Assembly: GCA_963693365.1 (NCBI GenBank)
Contig: CAVNZM010000008.1
Span: 10,627,172 to 10,691,171, forward strand
DNA from: Amoebidium appalachense
Taxonomy: Eukaryota > Protista > Ichthyosporea
Length of the DNA stretch: 64,000 nt
Direction of reading: 5' to 3'
Both the position numbers and the translations under genes were made by a program. Positions 12,988-33,287 of the stretch are shown one piece after another. The notes beneath the pieces are model-generated. The model saw nothing but the letters and a program-made list of their open reading frames with translations. It had not been told where the DNA came from and ran no database searches. Within the stretch, counting starts at the first letter, position 1; each line of letters begins with the position of its first letter.

Positions 12988-13466
12988 ACAAACAAACAAA
13001 TAAAAAACTAAAAAAAATTAAAGAAGAAAAGAAAAGAAAGAAAGAAAGAAAAAATAAAGAAAGAAAGAAATGAATAAAGAAAGAAAAGGAACTATAAAAT
13101 AAAACAGTTGATGGAAAAAGAGTGAGTGGTAAGACAACCGACCATACTGTAGAGAGAGTTCCTACTCCCCCCCCCCCCCCCCCCCCCCGAGAGAGTTCCT
13201 ACTCCCCCCCCCCCCCCCCCCTTTTTTTTTTTTTTTCCTTTCTTTCCTTTCTTTCTTTCTTTCTTTCTTTTTTTTTTTTTTTTTGCTCCACTCATTCGGG
13301 TCGGGCTGGGCCAGGGTGTGTGCCTGTGACCAATCAGGGACTGGCCCATCTAGCCCACTGTAGGCACCTGCGGCGTATTGCCCTGCGGCCACATGCCCGA
13401 CTGAGCAGATCAGCATTCAAGGCAATCAATCCGCGGGTAGCCGTGCTGGAGTATGGTGCACGGTGA
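3503..13466 (+). CDS. F-box/leucine-rich repeat protein (FBXL-like), ~452 aa; exons 3503-3597, 6307-6487, 7274-7409, 8612-8784, 9593-9767, 10322-10437, 10955-11050, 11640-11742, 12819-12950, 13315-13466
   Basis: N-terminal F-box (LYDLPDEVLKLVFHCLTPYDLARVARTCRRF) followed by cysteine-containing LRRs (LQRVSLGGCRRVDD, LVELDLTDCFAVT, LVRLDVSGCRYVDN). All ten exons join in phase. Intron 4 uses a GC donor. Confidence 0.88.
4836..5131 (+). mobile_element. Poly-C-associated non-coding retroelement terminal repeat, subfamily A copy A1 (in intron 1 of the F-box gene)
   Basis: Near-identical to 54041-54336 and 52624-52881. Ends GCATTCAAA then poly-C; a short C run precedes the start. Confidence 0.85.
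4892..5045 (+). ncRNA. Putative permuted/split hammerhead ribozyme (subfamily A); predicted cleavage after 4963
   Basis: Core elements: GAAAC 4991-4995, CTGAGGA 5025-5031, GTT 4961-4963. Stem II GACCTA(4928-33)/TAGGTC(4985-90); stem III TATCTGAGT/ACTCGGGTA; stem I GGG(4964-66)/CCC(5022-24). Covaries with subfamily B. Confidence 0.7.
8341..8665 (+). repeat. Four degenerate tandem copies (~90 bp) of the intron 3' end plus exon-4 start of the F-box gene
   Basis: Repeated (t)n..AG-G...CTGGGTCA(A/G)CTCTCTCGTCTCC(A/G)GAGTCTTTCTCTTACCAAC. Only the last copy continues as the exon. Confidence 0.85.
11078..11197 (+). mobile_element. Diverged, 5'-truncated copy of the poly-C-associated element
   Basis: CCCCCCTGAGGATGGGCTCTGC...ATGCATACTCTTTATG..., flanked on both sides by poly-C. 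Confidence 0.7.
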
Positions 13467-13575
13467 GGGGATGGCGTTGTGTTGTGTTTGTGGGGTTGTT
13501 GGGGCGGTGGTGTGATATGCGTGGGTTGGTTTTTGGTGGTGGTGGTGGTTAAAAGAGGAGGGGGGGGGGGGGGGG

Positions 13576-13972
13576 TTTGAATGCGGAACACAGTACGAAG
13601 TACGCATACACGATGAGAAGCATGGTGCAGGACACATGCAAAGGCAAACATTCAAGTATGCAGCATCAGCCATGCGCACAGTATGCGTCATAAGCAGAGC
13701 CCATCCTCAGGGAGGGCCCAAGTCATCAATTGCGTCTGAGTTTCGACCCCTTAGCCCGCGTATATACGACGCTCCAACTCAGACAGCAGCATCAACTGAA
13801 CTTGGGTGGGTCAACCCGTCTTGATCAAAGACGAGCAGGGTTGCTTATGCAAGCAAGGTGAGCAAAACGGTGAAGATGTGTGTGCAAACTAATGCAGTGC
13901 AGCGACAAACGCGTGTGCTTACAGATGCACGACACAGAGCAACCATGCCCGGTTGCATGGAAGTAAAGATGT
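13576..13972 (-). mobile_element. Poly-C-associated element, subfamily B copy B1, with putative ribozyme at 13689-13849 (-)
   Basis: Reverse complement of 49024-49422. Flanked by G tracts on the + strand; 3' end CATTCAAA-poly-C on the - strand. Confidence 0.85.
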
Positions 13973-15180
13973 CTGGGGGGGGCGTCGGTGGTGCTGGTGG
14001 TGGGGAAGGGATGGTGTTGTGGAGAGAGAGAGGGGGGGGGGAGGAGGAGGGGGGGCAGCAGGGGCTTTAATTTTTTTTTTGGTCCAAGACGTGGATATTG
14101 GTGCATCTGTCTGTTTTTTTTTGTTTTTTTTTCTTAGTTTTTGTGTTTGTTTGTTTGTTGGTCTTTATTTGTATGTTTGTGGTTGGGTCGGGGGGTGGGG
14201 TGGGGTAAGTGGGGGGGAGGATCATCTTCTTTTTCTTTTCTTTTCTTTTTTTTTTGTGGCGGGGGAGGGGTTTACACACTTTTTATTGCGTGGACACTGC
14301 CGGAGGCCCAGCCACATTCGACGGCCTACTGCGTTTTCCAGCACAGCAATCAAATGCAGCCAGTGACATATGTACATGCTAGGCAACAATGAGCGCCATC
14401 GTAGTGTATGACACCCCTATTACATTTTATGGGTAAGCAGAGGCTAGCATCGCGGGGGAGGGGGGGGGGGGGGGGGGGGGGAGTTTCACCCTATGATTTT
14501 GAGAAAATCGATGCAAGCTAAGCCAATTCAGGCTGCTTGGGGGTAACACGTAACACCGTGGGTTCTATTTGAATGCTGTAAATATGTGAATGCTGTAACT
14601 ATGTGAATGCTGTAATGTATGACTCGAGGCTGTTATTCAAGCAGCATTTAGATGTAACACTTTTTTTTTTCTCTTCTTTTTTTTTTTTTTTTCTGCGTGT
14701 GTGTGCGTGTGTGTGTGTGTGTGTGGGGGGGGGGGGGGGTAAGAGGCTCCGGCTTGTAATTGTGAAGGAGCATTTGCTAGGTGGGAACTGTTCAGTTACA
14801 GTACTGTTTGGACTAGTCGACTGGGAATGAATGCAAACAAGAGTCCTGCATTGTTCAATTCGTTTGTTTGTATAACAATTATTATTTGTATATTAATTAT
14901 TAACAATTATTCCTGCTCTTCCCAGTCACGTACTTAGCCTGTTCACGCCTATCTCGCCCCCGCGTACTTGGGGACCGCCTGGGGCCCCATACGCCAGGAA
15001 CCATAACTGTCTTCCTATTGGCTAGTACATAATCCTGATCTATCCTGAGAGACTATCTGTAATCCTGTTGGACGATGTATTTGCGGACTGGCATCCGCGC
15101 AGGTATATAAAGCAGCCGGACCATCCTCAGATGGTACCGGAGGATCCGAGATCTCAAACCACTTCCTGCGAACCTCTCCT

Positions 15181-15453
15181 CTACTCTCGATCCGCTATGT
15201 AGAAGTGATTGTCTCTTACAGAGGTCACAGGACCGAATCCTGCATCTGCTCCACATTTTTCTGTAGGAGGGAAGGGAGAGAGAACAAAGAAAAGAGTGAG
15301 AGAGAGAGAGGGAGGAGGGGGGAGGGGGGGGGGAGGGGAGGGGGGGGGGGGGGGGGGGGGGGGGGGACGACACACACACACAGAAAGAGAGAGAGATAAA
15401 AACTTGACGAGGCTGGGTTGGAGGGGGGAGAGGAGGGGAAGGCGGGCGGTGGA

Positions 15454-15487
<34 letters not shown>

Positions 15488-15935
15488 AGAGAGGGGGGTA
15501 TGTGTTAGCGGTTTGGAAATATGGAGGAGACAACAAAGAGCAACAGCAACGTCACAAAAATGAGAAGTGTGTAGGCAGAAGACAGTTGAACAGAGCCCAT
15601 TATCCGGGGGGAGGGGGGGGGGGGGAGGGGGAAGGGGAGGAGGAGACGGGGAAGAAGGAGAGGCGAGTGCATGTGTGCATGTGCACCTGTGTCTTACTCT
15701 GCTCCACTTCAGCAGTCAGAACGTTGTTTCTATGCAAAAGAGCCTGCATTTGCTATCTATAGAAAGGGGGGCTGTGCCCAGGCTTGTTGATGTAAAAAAC
15801 ACAATTAAGTTGCGCACTTTCATTTGTGAGGGTACCCGTGACCTCGTACCGATCACGAGTGTGTAGAGAAAAGTTTGAAACAACCACAAGGGCCAGAAGA
15901 GAGAGACTGTGTGTTAGTGTGTGGTCGTGGTGCAC

Positions 15936-15976
<41 letters not shown>

Positions 15977-18010
15977 CACACGTGAGTGTGGCCGCATATG
16001 CTTGTGTGCTCCTTGCAATATTCGGCATGGCAGAAGGGTTGTGGAGGGATAGGGGGGGGGGGGGGGGGGGCATACCATTGCCCAGTCAAGGGCCTCTGTA
16101 TAGCATCTGTCAGCTCTTGGATCCTTTCGATTTCCTCAACGGTCCGAGGGGGCCAAATTTCCTCGGCAACAGATCGAGACATAAATCTGGGACACGTTGC
16201 AAGGGCAGTAAGGTCCATATTAGGAAAATGAATGATCACTCAGGAAGAGACGCTCGGGTGGCCCCTTAAAGCGTCGAGGCTGCACAAGGACTCCAAGCCA
16301 TTTAACTCGAGTTTCTTACAGGCGGTAGCACCCACCAGAGCGCTAATGTCGGTCAATTTGGAACAATGGGAAATGATTACCGTATTTAGCATGGGTGCGC
16401 GCATGGGCACGTGACCGAGAGAAACAAGGTCGTTTGATTGGACGATCACTAACGTACTTAAGTTGGGGTGATGAATTTCAGACAGCGTGTCCCAAGCAAC
16501 ACCTATAAGATCGACAACGGAAGGCGGCACCTGGACCGTGGCGGCTGTTTCGGACACCTCGAAATTGAGACGCTTTTCACCATGTTGCATTTTGAAATTC
16601 CTCCGAAATCACGCAGCGCCGCGCAATCATGGACCCCAACTTTCTGCATGTGCCTGTGCGTGTACGTCGCCGAAATGTGCGTAATTTCCTTGTTGTTTTC
16701 GATTTTCAGCTCGCAAAGCAACGGCATTTCGTCCAACGTAATTGCTACATTGACCCCTTGCTCCCCGTCATCTACCAAAACCCAGCAGCCGATTGTAAGC
16801 GCGGCAAATTGGGCTAGCCAGCCCATGGAAAATGCGACGTAGTGAAGGGAAAGCTCTCTCATCGTCTTGGCGGATTCATCCAGAAACTTTGCGGGCATTC
16901 CCATATGCACCGCACGCTGAAAGGCGGCTCTCGTGGATTCGACGCTCATGAAATACGACTCCAGTTTTTTCGTTTCGAAATCCGGAAGCGTACCGTGGAT
17001 AGCGTAGCACTCGATAGCGATTTTGCGCAAATTCGGGCACGTTCCGATCGCTGACACATCCACCGTTCCCTTACACTCAACCTCGAGTACCTCCAAATTA
17101 GGAAGGTGGGGAAGCACTAGGAGACGGCCGTGCCGGGACGATTCTGTAGATACCGACAGACGTTTTAAACATTTGCACACCTCAAGAGCGTCTAAACGGA
17201 ACGTCGTAGAATGCAGGTGGCCCTGAATGTCGATCTCAATATCAGTCATGTTTGGGAACACCCGGGATAACGCTGGCAACATTGCACACTCCCTAACGTC
17301 TACAAGTGCAAACTTGAGTATTTTCAAATTCGGTTTGCTCTGCGTGGTCGACGTTTGGTCCAGACGGCCAAGGAGGCCAATGAAAGGAAGAAATGGTCTC
17401 TGCAGACACAGGCTTTCCACAGCCGGACATTTGTTCCATACCGTCCGTAAATATTCGTTTGGTGTATTCAATGGACCGGACCATCTCATAAAGGCAACGG
17501 TTTTTAGTCTATCCCCGACCGATCCGAGCGCCACATCCACGAGCTCGCACAGAAATTTCTCATCCGCATCTTGCATGGCCCTTACGTGTGAGACTTCCAC
17601 CGTGTCCACGTTAGAAAGATCGGCCAATTAGGGACAAAACTGGAGTGTAAGCTGCCTCTGTGTGTCGTCCATTTCGACATGATCCCCTTGTAACACGAAC
17701 CTTACCGCTCCAATCGCCGTATGCCACGGTTTGAATTCGCTCAAACTACATAACGTAAACTCGCCCCCCTTCTGAGACTCTGAATCCTCTTCTTCAACCT
17801 CCGCTGAATCATTTTCCCCCGTTTCCGACAAACAATTGGAATCCTGGTCCGGAAATCGGAAAGCGTCGATTGCGATTAGGCCTGCCTGGGGGGAACGTGC
17901 TAGAGAGCAGCAACGACTGGAAACGAGGGGAAACGATAGACGGCAATCAAGTGACAAATAGCGCAAAATCTTGAAGAGGATCTCGTTGGGAAGGCAGAGT
18001 TAGGGGGCAT
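15181..18010 (-). pseudogene. F-box/LRR pseudogene (large exon ~18010-16076 plus degraded 3' exons)
   Basis: F-box LCLPNEILFKILRYLSLDCRL is out of frame with ATG 18010 (in-frame TAA just upstream). In-frame TAA at 17628-30, frameshift near 16560-16590, in-frame TGA at 16240-42. LRRs LPNLEVLEVEC, CPNLRKIAIEC, LNTVIISHCSKLTDISAL. Boundaries of the 3' exons are uncertain. Confidence 0.75.
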
Positions 18011-18759
18011 CTGTGTGTGCAAATAGTCAATACGGTGATAACTAATTTAGAGGGTAACGGTGGAACCCTATTAATTGCTTTATACTATTAGTAACAGAAG
18101 GCCGATAGATAAGAGTAGATGATCCTAGCCAAATCAGATTGGGCCACCACTACTTGAACAAGTGCAAAAGGGACATTGAGTTTTAACAGAAACGTAGGGT
18201 GTTGCTAATATCAGGAAAATAGTAATATCCCTTTTCTCGAGGGTTGGATTAGTCGCTATGATCAAGCAGGCACCTAGGTGATCACATGTACACACGTGCA
18301 CGAACAGCTGGACAATTACTGTATGCAGTACAGTTGCAGGCACACAGGCACCATTTGTGCATGGCACACACACACACACACATTTGCATCAACATGCCCA
18401 GACATATGGTATATAATACAGAGGTGGGCTATGTAAGCAAAAAGCTAGCGTGCCAAGTGCTAAACAGAATTACTTTACGACGCTTATGTAGGCAGATAGG
18501 CGGATAAATCAAGGTGTTGGTATGCATTCGGATGATAGATTTTCTGTGTTCTTTTTTTCCTTACGAGTGCCCTAACTCGTGAAAAAAATGCTATGCACCC
18601 AGGAAGGGGTGTATTCATGCAGCTATAAAACTTTGATTGTGTTTGTTGTATGTGTGTGTGTGCACGTGTGTGTTTCTGTCATGATGTCATTTGCGTGTGC
18701 ATGCCTGCCTGCCTGCCTGCCTGTGTGTGTGTGTGTGTCTGTGTGTGTGTGTCTGTGCA

Positions 18760-18790
<31 letters not shown>

Positions 18791-18812
18791 GCACGCGCGC
18801 GCGGGCGCGCCT

Positions 18813-18890
<78 letters not shown>

Positions 18891-20696
18891 ACGTGCGCGT
18901 TTGCGTGTTTTTGACAATGTGAGCATCCGCGCGAGTGTGTGTGTGTGTGTGTCTGTGTGTGTTTGTGTGTGCATGTGTGTGTACCATGTGTCCGTGTGTA
19001 TGTGTGTGACTGTGTACACGCGTGGGCACGACATGACGCACGCATGCAGGCGCGTGTGCACAACTCTCACGTGTGCGTAGCACTGCAGAAAGGGAGAGAA
19101 TACCGGGTGGAAGGGTGAGCGGGCAGGAGGGAGAGAACGACTCAGACGGAGAGATGCAGGGAGGAAAAAAAGGAGGGAAGGGGGGGCGGGAGCGGGAGGG
19201 TGTGGGAGGTGGGGAGGGAAGGAGGGGAGGAGGGTGGGTGGGGGGGAGGGTGGGTGGGTGCTTGGGAGGGAGAAAGAGACGGAGGGAGAACTGGAGAGAG
19301 GGAGGGTGGGAGAGGGGAGAGTGAGAGAGTGACTGTATGTATGGCACTATGTCTGAAGAGAGAGGGGGACGGGGGGGGGGAGGGGAAGGGGGGCGGAGAT
19401 GGTGCCGGCCAGGATCCTGACAGAAATACATAAAAAAAGCTACATGAACAAAGGAATACATGGACAACACGCAGATAATTGCAGAGGTAGCGGGGCTTTA
19501 CAGGGGAGGCAAAACCTGCAAAAGCAACAGCAGGGCGGCAGCTGCAGAATGTTCTCACATAGCAAAAGCCCCCGGATGCCATCAACCATGCTTCATTCAC
19601 TGTCCATGAAAAGCAAATAATGTTTGTTTGCACTGAGCATGCAGACTTTTTACACATACCTTGTGTACCAGTGTTGGGACTCGGCTCCAAGACACCACTG
19701 TTTTTACTCCTGTCCCCCATGATTGATGCCGGCCTTGAGAAGACGAGCCTCGCTCCCACGCAAGCGGGGCCGTGTCAACCGCAAAATATAACCCAAACAC
19801 CAAAAATTATCACAAAGAAAAAGAGAAGAGAAAGCCTTGAAGCATGAAAGAAAAGCAAACAAAATGGCAGGAACCCGAGGCACCTTAACAAAACTGGCTG
19901 TGGCTGGTTCTATTATCTCACGGTCCACAGGCGAGGCACGTAAACGAACGCTCTGTCAGTGACCCGTATATATACTCGGCCTGCCCCGCAAGGTTTTTTT
20001 TGGAAAACAAGACTGTCCAGAAGACACGTGTGTGCAAGAGGCTCATCATTTCCGGCTTCGATCACTATCAGTCGTAACAAAAAACTATGAAATTTAAGTA
20101 TATGCTATTTGCTATTGTTAACTAATTTGATGTGCTTGACCCCTTTTTCTCATTTTTATTGATATTTGAATCCCAGCCATCCAAAATTTGATATTTGCGA
20201 GAAATGGCTGGGTGCGTACTTAACCAATCACAGAGGGTTGCGACCTTCAAGTCCTCTCTGCGTCTTACACTTTGGTGCCTCGAGTTAGCCCATGTTTACG
20301 CACATTGAGATAGTTTTGTGGCATACTTATGAAGAGGCACACTTACAGATGTTATATAAGATATGGTACACAAGAGAGATACGATAATCCAGCATACATA
20401 CGCACACTTGAACGTTAGCGCTCTGACTGAAACACAGATCTGTCCTGCTGATCTTGGACACATACAATCTATTGGCCGCAGACGTTAAACTATCAAGACA
20501 GTGTATATATTTTTAGAACATTTGCAGCAGTTTCTTTTTACAGGTATTGACAGACCACCCATATGGGCGCATCTGCACTCCACTTCTGTCCACCCGTATT
20601 CACACTTACATTTCCAACCAAAACCACGAAAGTATTCACAACCTCAACATCACCTTAGTTCAATCATACGTACTGAATACACCACCAAACATTGCC

Positions 20697-27846
<7,150 letters not shown>

Positions 27847-28446
27847 CACGTGCTTGTTTCTCCCCCCCCCCCCCCCCCCCCTATTTTTTTTCTTTTTGTT
27901 TCATTTTTTTTTTGGCACCTCTTTTGTTTTCCCGAGGTTTCTTTTTCTTCAGTGCATGTGCACCAGCCTGAAGCGGATCGCGCTTTCCCTCGCATCATCC
28001 CCGTTCTTTATTCTATTCCTATGTTCTATATACATTGGTGGGTACACCGTTTTTTCCAGATTTTCATGTGCTTTCTTGAATATGCAACAATTGCATTTAG
28101 ACATCCCAGACCTGCTGCACAAATCTTTTTTTGCCCCGTTCCCATTGTGGTATTACGACTATAACTATACGGTTCTGACGGTATGCATTCCTGATGTGGT
28201 TAATGAAGTCAGTTTATGGACTCCTAGTTGGGTTAAATAACTCAGCCTTGTGATTGGCTGCGGGTAAGGGCTGTGTATGCACGGCCTGTGGGCCCCATGG
28301 GATTATAGTAGGGTGAAAGGCTTTGTGTACTACCGTAGTCTTGCAGTTGAGTTGCAAATAGAATATTGGATATTTTTTTTGATGGAGTCGGGTGCGGGGT
28401 GCCTGGGGGGGGAAGGGGGGGGGGGGGGGGGGGGGGGGGGGTGGGA

Positions 28447-28480
<34 letters not shown>

Positions 28481-28696
28481 GGGGAGGGGGATATTTAGGC
28501 TTAAGTTCTTCGACTATGGGACGGAATCCCGGAAAGTCCTCTTCCTGGCTAAACGAATTAACCCGTAATGGATAATCATCTGTAATCCGTAGAGTGCTTC
28601 ATAATGGCACGGAGTGTCAGATAGGGAATTACTATTGTGATGATGGTGATACCATGTGTTCATTGCGTAACACGCATCATGCGAGTGACCCCCACA

Positions 28697-28734
<38 letters not shown>

Positions 28735-28908
28735 TCCCGCGCGGACACCCACCCACTCCCCACCACTACCACGTACATACGCTACTCCACCTCTAGAGAC
28801 ACACACCCACGCTGTCATACGCATGTGCACGTGCACACATAAACCATGCCCATGTGCACGCGTACACATGCTGACTCCTGGACCACGCGGGGAGCGGGGA
28901 GGGGGGAG

Positions 28909-29060
28909 GTTAGGGAGCCGTTACTGACGGAGCAAAAGTACGCATTTAGACGGATAATCCAGTCCGGAGTGCAAAGCAAACAAAAAGAGTATACACAATA
29001 AGCAGAGCTCATGATCCTCAGGGCGAGCCCACGCGTCATCCACAGTACCCGAGTTTCGAC
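28909..29060 (-). mobile_element. Diverged, 5'-truncated subfamily A-like copy
   Basis: Minus strand GTCGAAACTCGGGTACTGTGGATGACGCGTGGGCTCGCCCTGAGGATCATGAGCTCTGCTTATTG..., ending CTAAC followed by a C-rich tract. Confidence 0.75.
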
Positions 29061-29120
29061 GCATCCACGGTGGTGGGGTGGGTGGTGTGTGCATGCGTGT
29101 GTGAGTGTGTACACACGTGT

Positions 29121-29151
<31 letters not shown>

Positions 29152-29164
29152 GGGTGGTGGTGGT

Positions 29165-29232
<68 letters not shown>

Positions 29233-30218
29233 GCTCTTGGCTCTTCTACACACGGATGAGTCCTTCACCAGGGAGCGCGATTTGAGTGACGGGAACATAA
29301 TATGGCGGTTTCAATATCGATGTACGCGTACCACACCAACATACTACGGGTACACAGGCACTTGATAGTAGTGGTGTGTCTATAATAGAATAGATTCAAC
29401 CTGTCATGCCCATGCATATCGTACATATTAATCGTTTCCACCCAAATACGGGTGAGAAGCCACAGAGCACATCATTCAACGAAAGCGGGACACTCCCTAC
29501 TATTTTCTTCCTTACGTCAACCTGATTTGTTATTAGCGGAATCAAAAACCACGTTGCAGATGGTACGTAACGATTCGGGCAAACTGAAATGTGCATACAT
29601 ACATGCTATTTCATTAGCGCCCAAAGGATCCACATGCACCCACCTTAAGTCATTCGCATTCTTTTTGTTCCTTTAGAGTTGGTTCTGCACCCTTTCAGAA
29701 AAACAACCCACCCACGACATACATAACTCCCACGCAAACACCCAGCTTGACTATGTTTTGCGTTTGTGGGTAACCACTCAGTAGATCTACGTGCTTCAAC
29801 ATTCTATTCATGTGTATGCGTGTGCCTCTGTATGGATGCACATGCCTTTGTGTGTAGATATCACCATAATTTCATCAACAATACATAACACTACCCAATA
29901 AGAGCACTCGGACCGTCGTATAACCACCAGCCTTCCCGCCTCAGCAACCACCAACCGGTCATACCCATGCCTCTCATAACTGTGTGTTTTACGGGTATCA
30001 CACGTTTCCTTGTCCATACATCCAACAGCACAACCCCAACACACTCAGCAAAGCACACAATCACCCACCCACCTTCCGTGCTTATATTATTCCCTAGACG
30101 ACATCCCTCCCCCCTTCCCCCCCCCCCCCCCCCCCCCCCTCGCCCCTTCTCCTCTCCCAAACCTCTCTCCTTCACCATCACACCCAGGATAAACCCAGGA
30201 TAAACCCAGGATAAACCC

Positions 30219-30889
30219 TCAATCCCCCTTCATCGCCACCACCTCCCCCTCCACCGCACCATCACTCTCCCCCAAACCTGACCTCTGTGTTGATGACATA
30301 TTCCTCCCGGACAATCTCCGTGCGATTCGCGCCACGAACGCAGGTGAAGACCTACTCCTCTTGATCGTCGAATCAGCGACTGAGGGCCTCCCAAGCTCCA
30401 AATCCGCAGGGTTGCCCTGTGTGTGTCTCCTCGTAGGAGGGGTTGCACCCGCGTCGGCGCGGTTTCTCTCCCCCGATGTTTTCTCACCGAAATGGATGTA
30501 TTCCTGTTGAAGCCTTTGCATGATTCTCTTCATCTCCCGCCTCGAAGGCGTAACCTCTATCCCCCGCGCGCGCGAACCAAACCCATCCTCGTTCCCTACA
30601 ATCCCTCCTGAACCTGAACCCATTGCACCCAAGAGGAACCCCGAACTGCGTGGTTTCACCCTGAGTGATGGTGTGTGCACGTCCAGGTGTGCGGATGCTG
30701 GGGCCCTGCCTGCCGTGTATTGCTGCACGTATGGCTGTAACTTCTCCTCCACCTCCTTTTGTACCCTCACTAGAAGTGTCTGTACACTCTCCGGCCCGAT
30801 TTTGTGCCGCTCTTGGCCCAGTCCGTTCAAGCCGTTGGAGCTGCAAGAGGAGGGGGGAAGGGGGGTTTGAATGCGTCATACAGTACGAA

Positions 30890-30924
<35 letters not shown>

Positions 30925-30985
30925 GGGGGGTTAGAATGTGTTACGGCGTACAAAAGTACACATCGGCAGAGATGCGGGGCGGGGG

Positions 30986-31016
<31 letters not shown>

Positions 31017-31910
31017 ATACCCTGAATGCTAATTGCCCAGTGACAATCGTGATGCATCCTAACCCCCCCCCCCCCCCCCCCCCCAACCCGCCTCCGTCCC
31101 ACTTGTTTCAACCCGCCCCCCTACACCCATCCCAAACCCTCCACGCCCGGCTCCCCCCCGCCCCCCCCCCCCCCCCAAAAAAAAAAGCACACGGGGGCTG
31201 CGAGAGGGGTGGAGGGGGTGTTCGTGGGTGGGACGGGTTGCTGAGGTGCGCCTGTCGGCGACTTGACGAGGGGGGAAGGGCAAGGGGGGGGGGAGGAGGG
31301 GGGGGGGGGGGGATGCAATATGATGTGTGTTTTTTTAGGTGCGGATTGTATCATAGAGCATACTGGTACGTGTTGTGGCTGCCAACACATCCCCTCCCCC
31401 CCCTTCCCCCAACCCCACATACACACACATCCGTGTGGTGCACAGGCGCGCGCATGCGTACAGGCATGCACACAAGCAAGCAAAGCCACACGGAATGTGT
31501 TGCAAATAAAATAAACACACTACCGATTCACACAGGCACCAAACAGAACCCTCCCTCCTCCTCTCCTCACCCCACTTCCGCCCTTGCTCCGAGGCCCCCG
31601 GTGTTATACAACTTTTCATCTCTGCCCATCCATTCATTCATCCCTTCTTCCCGTTTCATTCATCTCTGCCCTCCAAAAAGGAGGATTATATGTTCCCTGA
31701 TTCATTATTTGACAAAGGAGTGACAACAAACAAACACACCCAGGCGTCCTCACCACACTTCCATCCCTTACACACACACACACACACAAACACACACACG
31801 CGCACACACACCAGCAGGCATGTACATGAGCACACTCGCACCCACCCACACACACACTCGAAATGTCTTCATGCAATTGTATAGCTGTAGCTGTTGTGCG
31901 CAAGCGCACG

Positions 31911-31947
<37 letters not shown>

Positions 31948-32026
31948 GGTGTGTGTATGTGCATAAGTGCAAGTGCGCCTGTGTGTGTGTATGTGCATGT
32001 GTGTGTATGCATGTGTGTGCGCGCAC

Positions 32027-32067
<41 letters not shown>

Positions 32068-32910
32068 ACTGCGGATTGTAAAGATCCGGCACATCTAAAC
32101 CAAGAGGCATGAACTTCAAAAGGGGCCATAACAACATAAAAAAAAAAAAAGTAAAAATGGAACACTCACCCAAAGAGCAAAAGGCCGTCAACATCCTGGG
32201 AGAGTTCAAGACCGAGCCCAATACTATGGGGAGAGTCGGGGCCGAGGTAGGTCTGATAGACTTTTTCGCATCGGGAAAGATATTCAATGTCAATGCTGTC
32301 CGCTGGTTGTGATTTTCCTGCTACCAGGTCTTCTATTCCCTCCCACAGTAACACCAGTTCCTCTGCGTATTCATGTTTCAGGAACGTTACGAATGAGGCA
32401 TGGTGCTCACTGTTGTCTTGAAGGAAGCGCCTAACACCGACTGTGCCTGGTCTGCCTGGGAAAGGGAAGTATTGCGTTAGAAGGGCAGAATGACACCAAG
32501 AAGAAGAAAGGCCTTATGGTTACTTGGTCAGGCTCAGGCCGAATGCAAGAAATAACGTGAACACAGACAAGATGCATATTAGAATATTTATTCTTATCAT
32601 GCACCACAAAAATATACGGTCCACACTCATAGAAGATCATACCTGATAGTAAGAGGTCCGAGTTCGAGGTTTGAGGCGAGGGTCCCACAAAGCTGGAGCT
32701 AGAGATAGTGCTTGCCGAGTTACTACCCGTGCTAGAAATAGTGAACTTGCTCATGAGTTTTCTCTTCATCATAGCAGCCGCTCGGCCTGGCCCTGCCATG
32801 TTCGTGCCTGATATTTTCTGTTGGCTGTCGATTTGGGAGGTGAATATTGTCCACTTCCTTGAGATGCTGGTGGTGGACTCTGTGCTTGGTGGGTCATCCA
32901 CTTGCGCCAT
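30219..32910 (-). CDS. RGS (regulator of G-protein signalling) domain protein, ~391 aa; exons 32910-32643, 32455-32170, 30840-30219
   Basis: [36 protein letters not shown]...[19 protein letters not shown]...[20 protein letters not shown] matches the RGS helical pattern (F..FL..EY.EE.L.FW...E; IY..YI...AP..VN). Introns are in phase 1 and 2. Confidence 0.8.
30866..30975 (-). mobile_element. Two very short 3'-end stubs of the poly-C-associated elements (30866-30890 A/B type; 30931-30975 C type)
   Basis: Minus strand CTTCGTACTGTATGACGCATTCAAA-CCCC and ...GTAACACATTCTAA-CCCC, each embedded in poly-C. Confidence 0.65.
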
Positions 32911-33287
32911 TTTTCGCTCGTGTTATTTCACAAGACTGGACTTGTTGCTAATCTCTCCGGTGACTGTGCTTAGACGAGTGTGTGTGGTAGAATTTAGCTT
33001 AATCAGTTATTCATTATTCATTTCCCATCTTTCTGTAAATAATTTTGTAATGAAGGGTCTACAAGTAAACCCTATATTTGATAAAAGGAAACCCTTTTCT
33101 GCAGTCCCCGTGTCGGCCAAAAGATGGTTTAACACTTCACCGTTGTCCGCTACGTTAGCTGCCTCTTGATCAACATGCCTCCAACTACGACCAAGCCATC
33201 CACACAAAAAATTGTATTAGTATGCTCGAAGCTATCTTCAAAACTCTATATATCACTAAGATTCTTTGATAAGATTACGTTTACTTA

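Noticed and set aside
16240-17630. In-frame TAA/TGA as evidence of a reassigned genetic code or selenocysteine
   Set aside because: Frameshifts co-occur, and neighbouring intact genes have no internal stops and end in TAG/TGA. A pseudogene is the simpler explanation.
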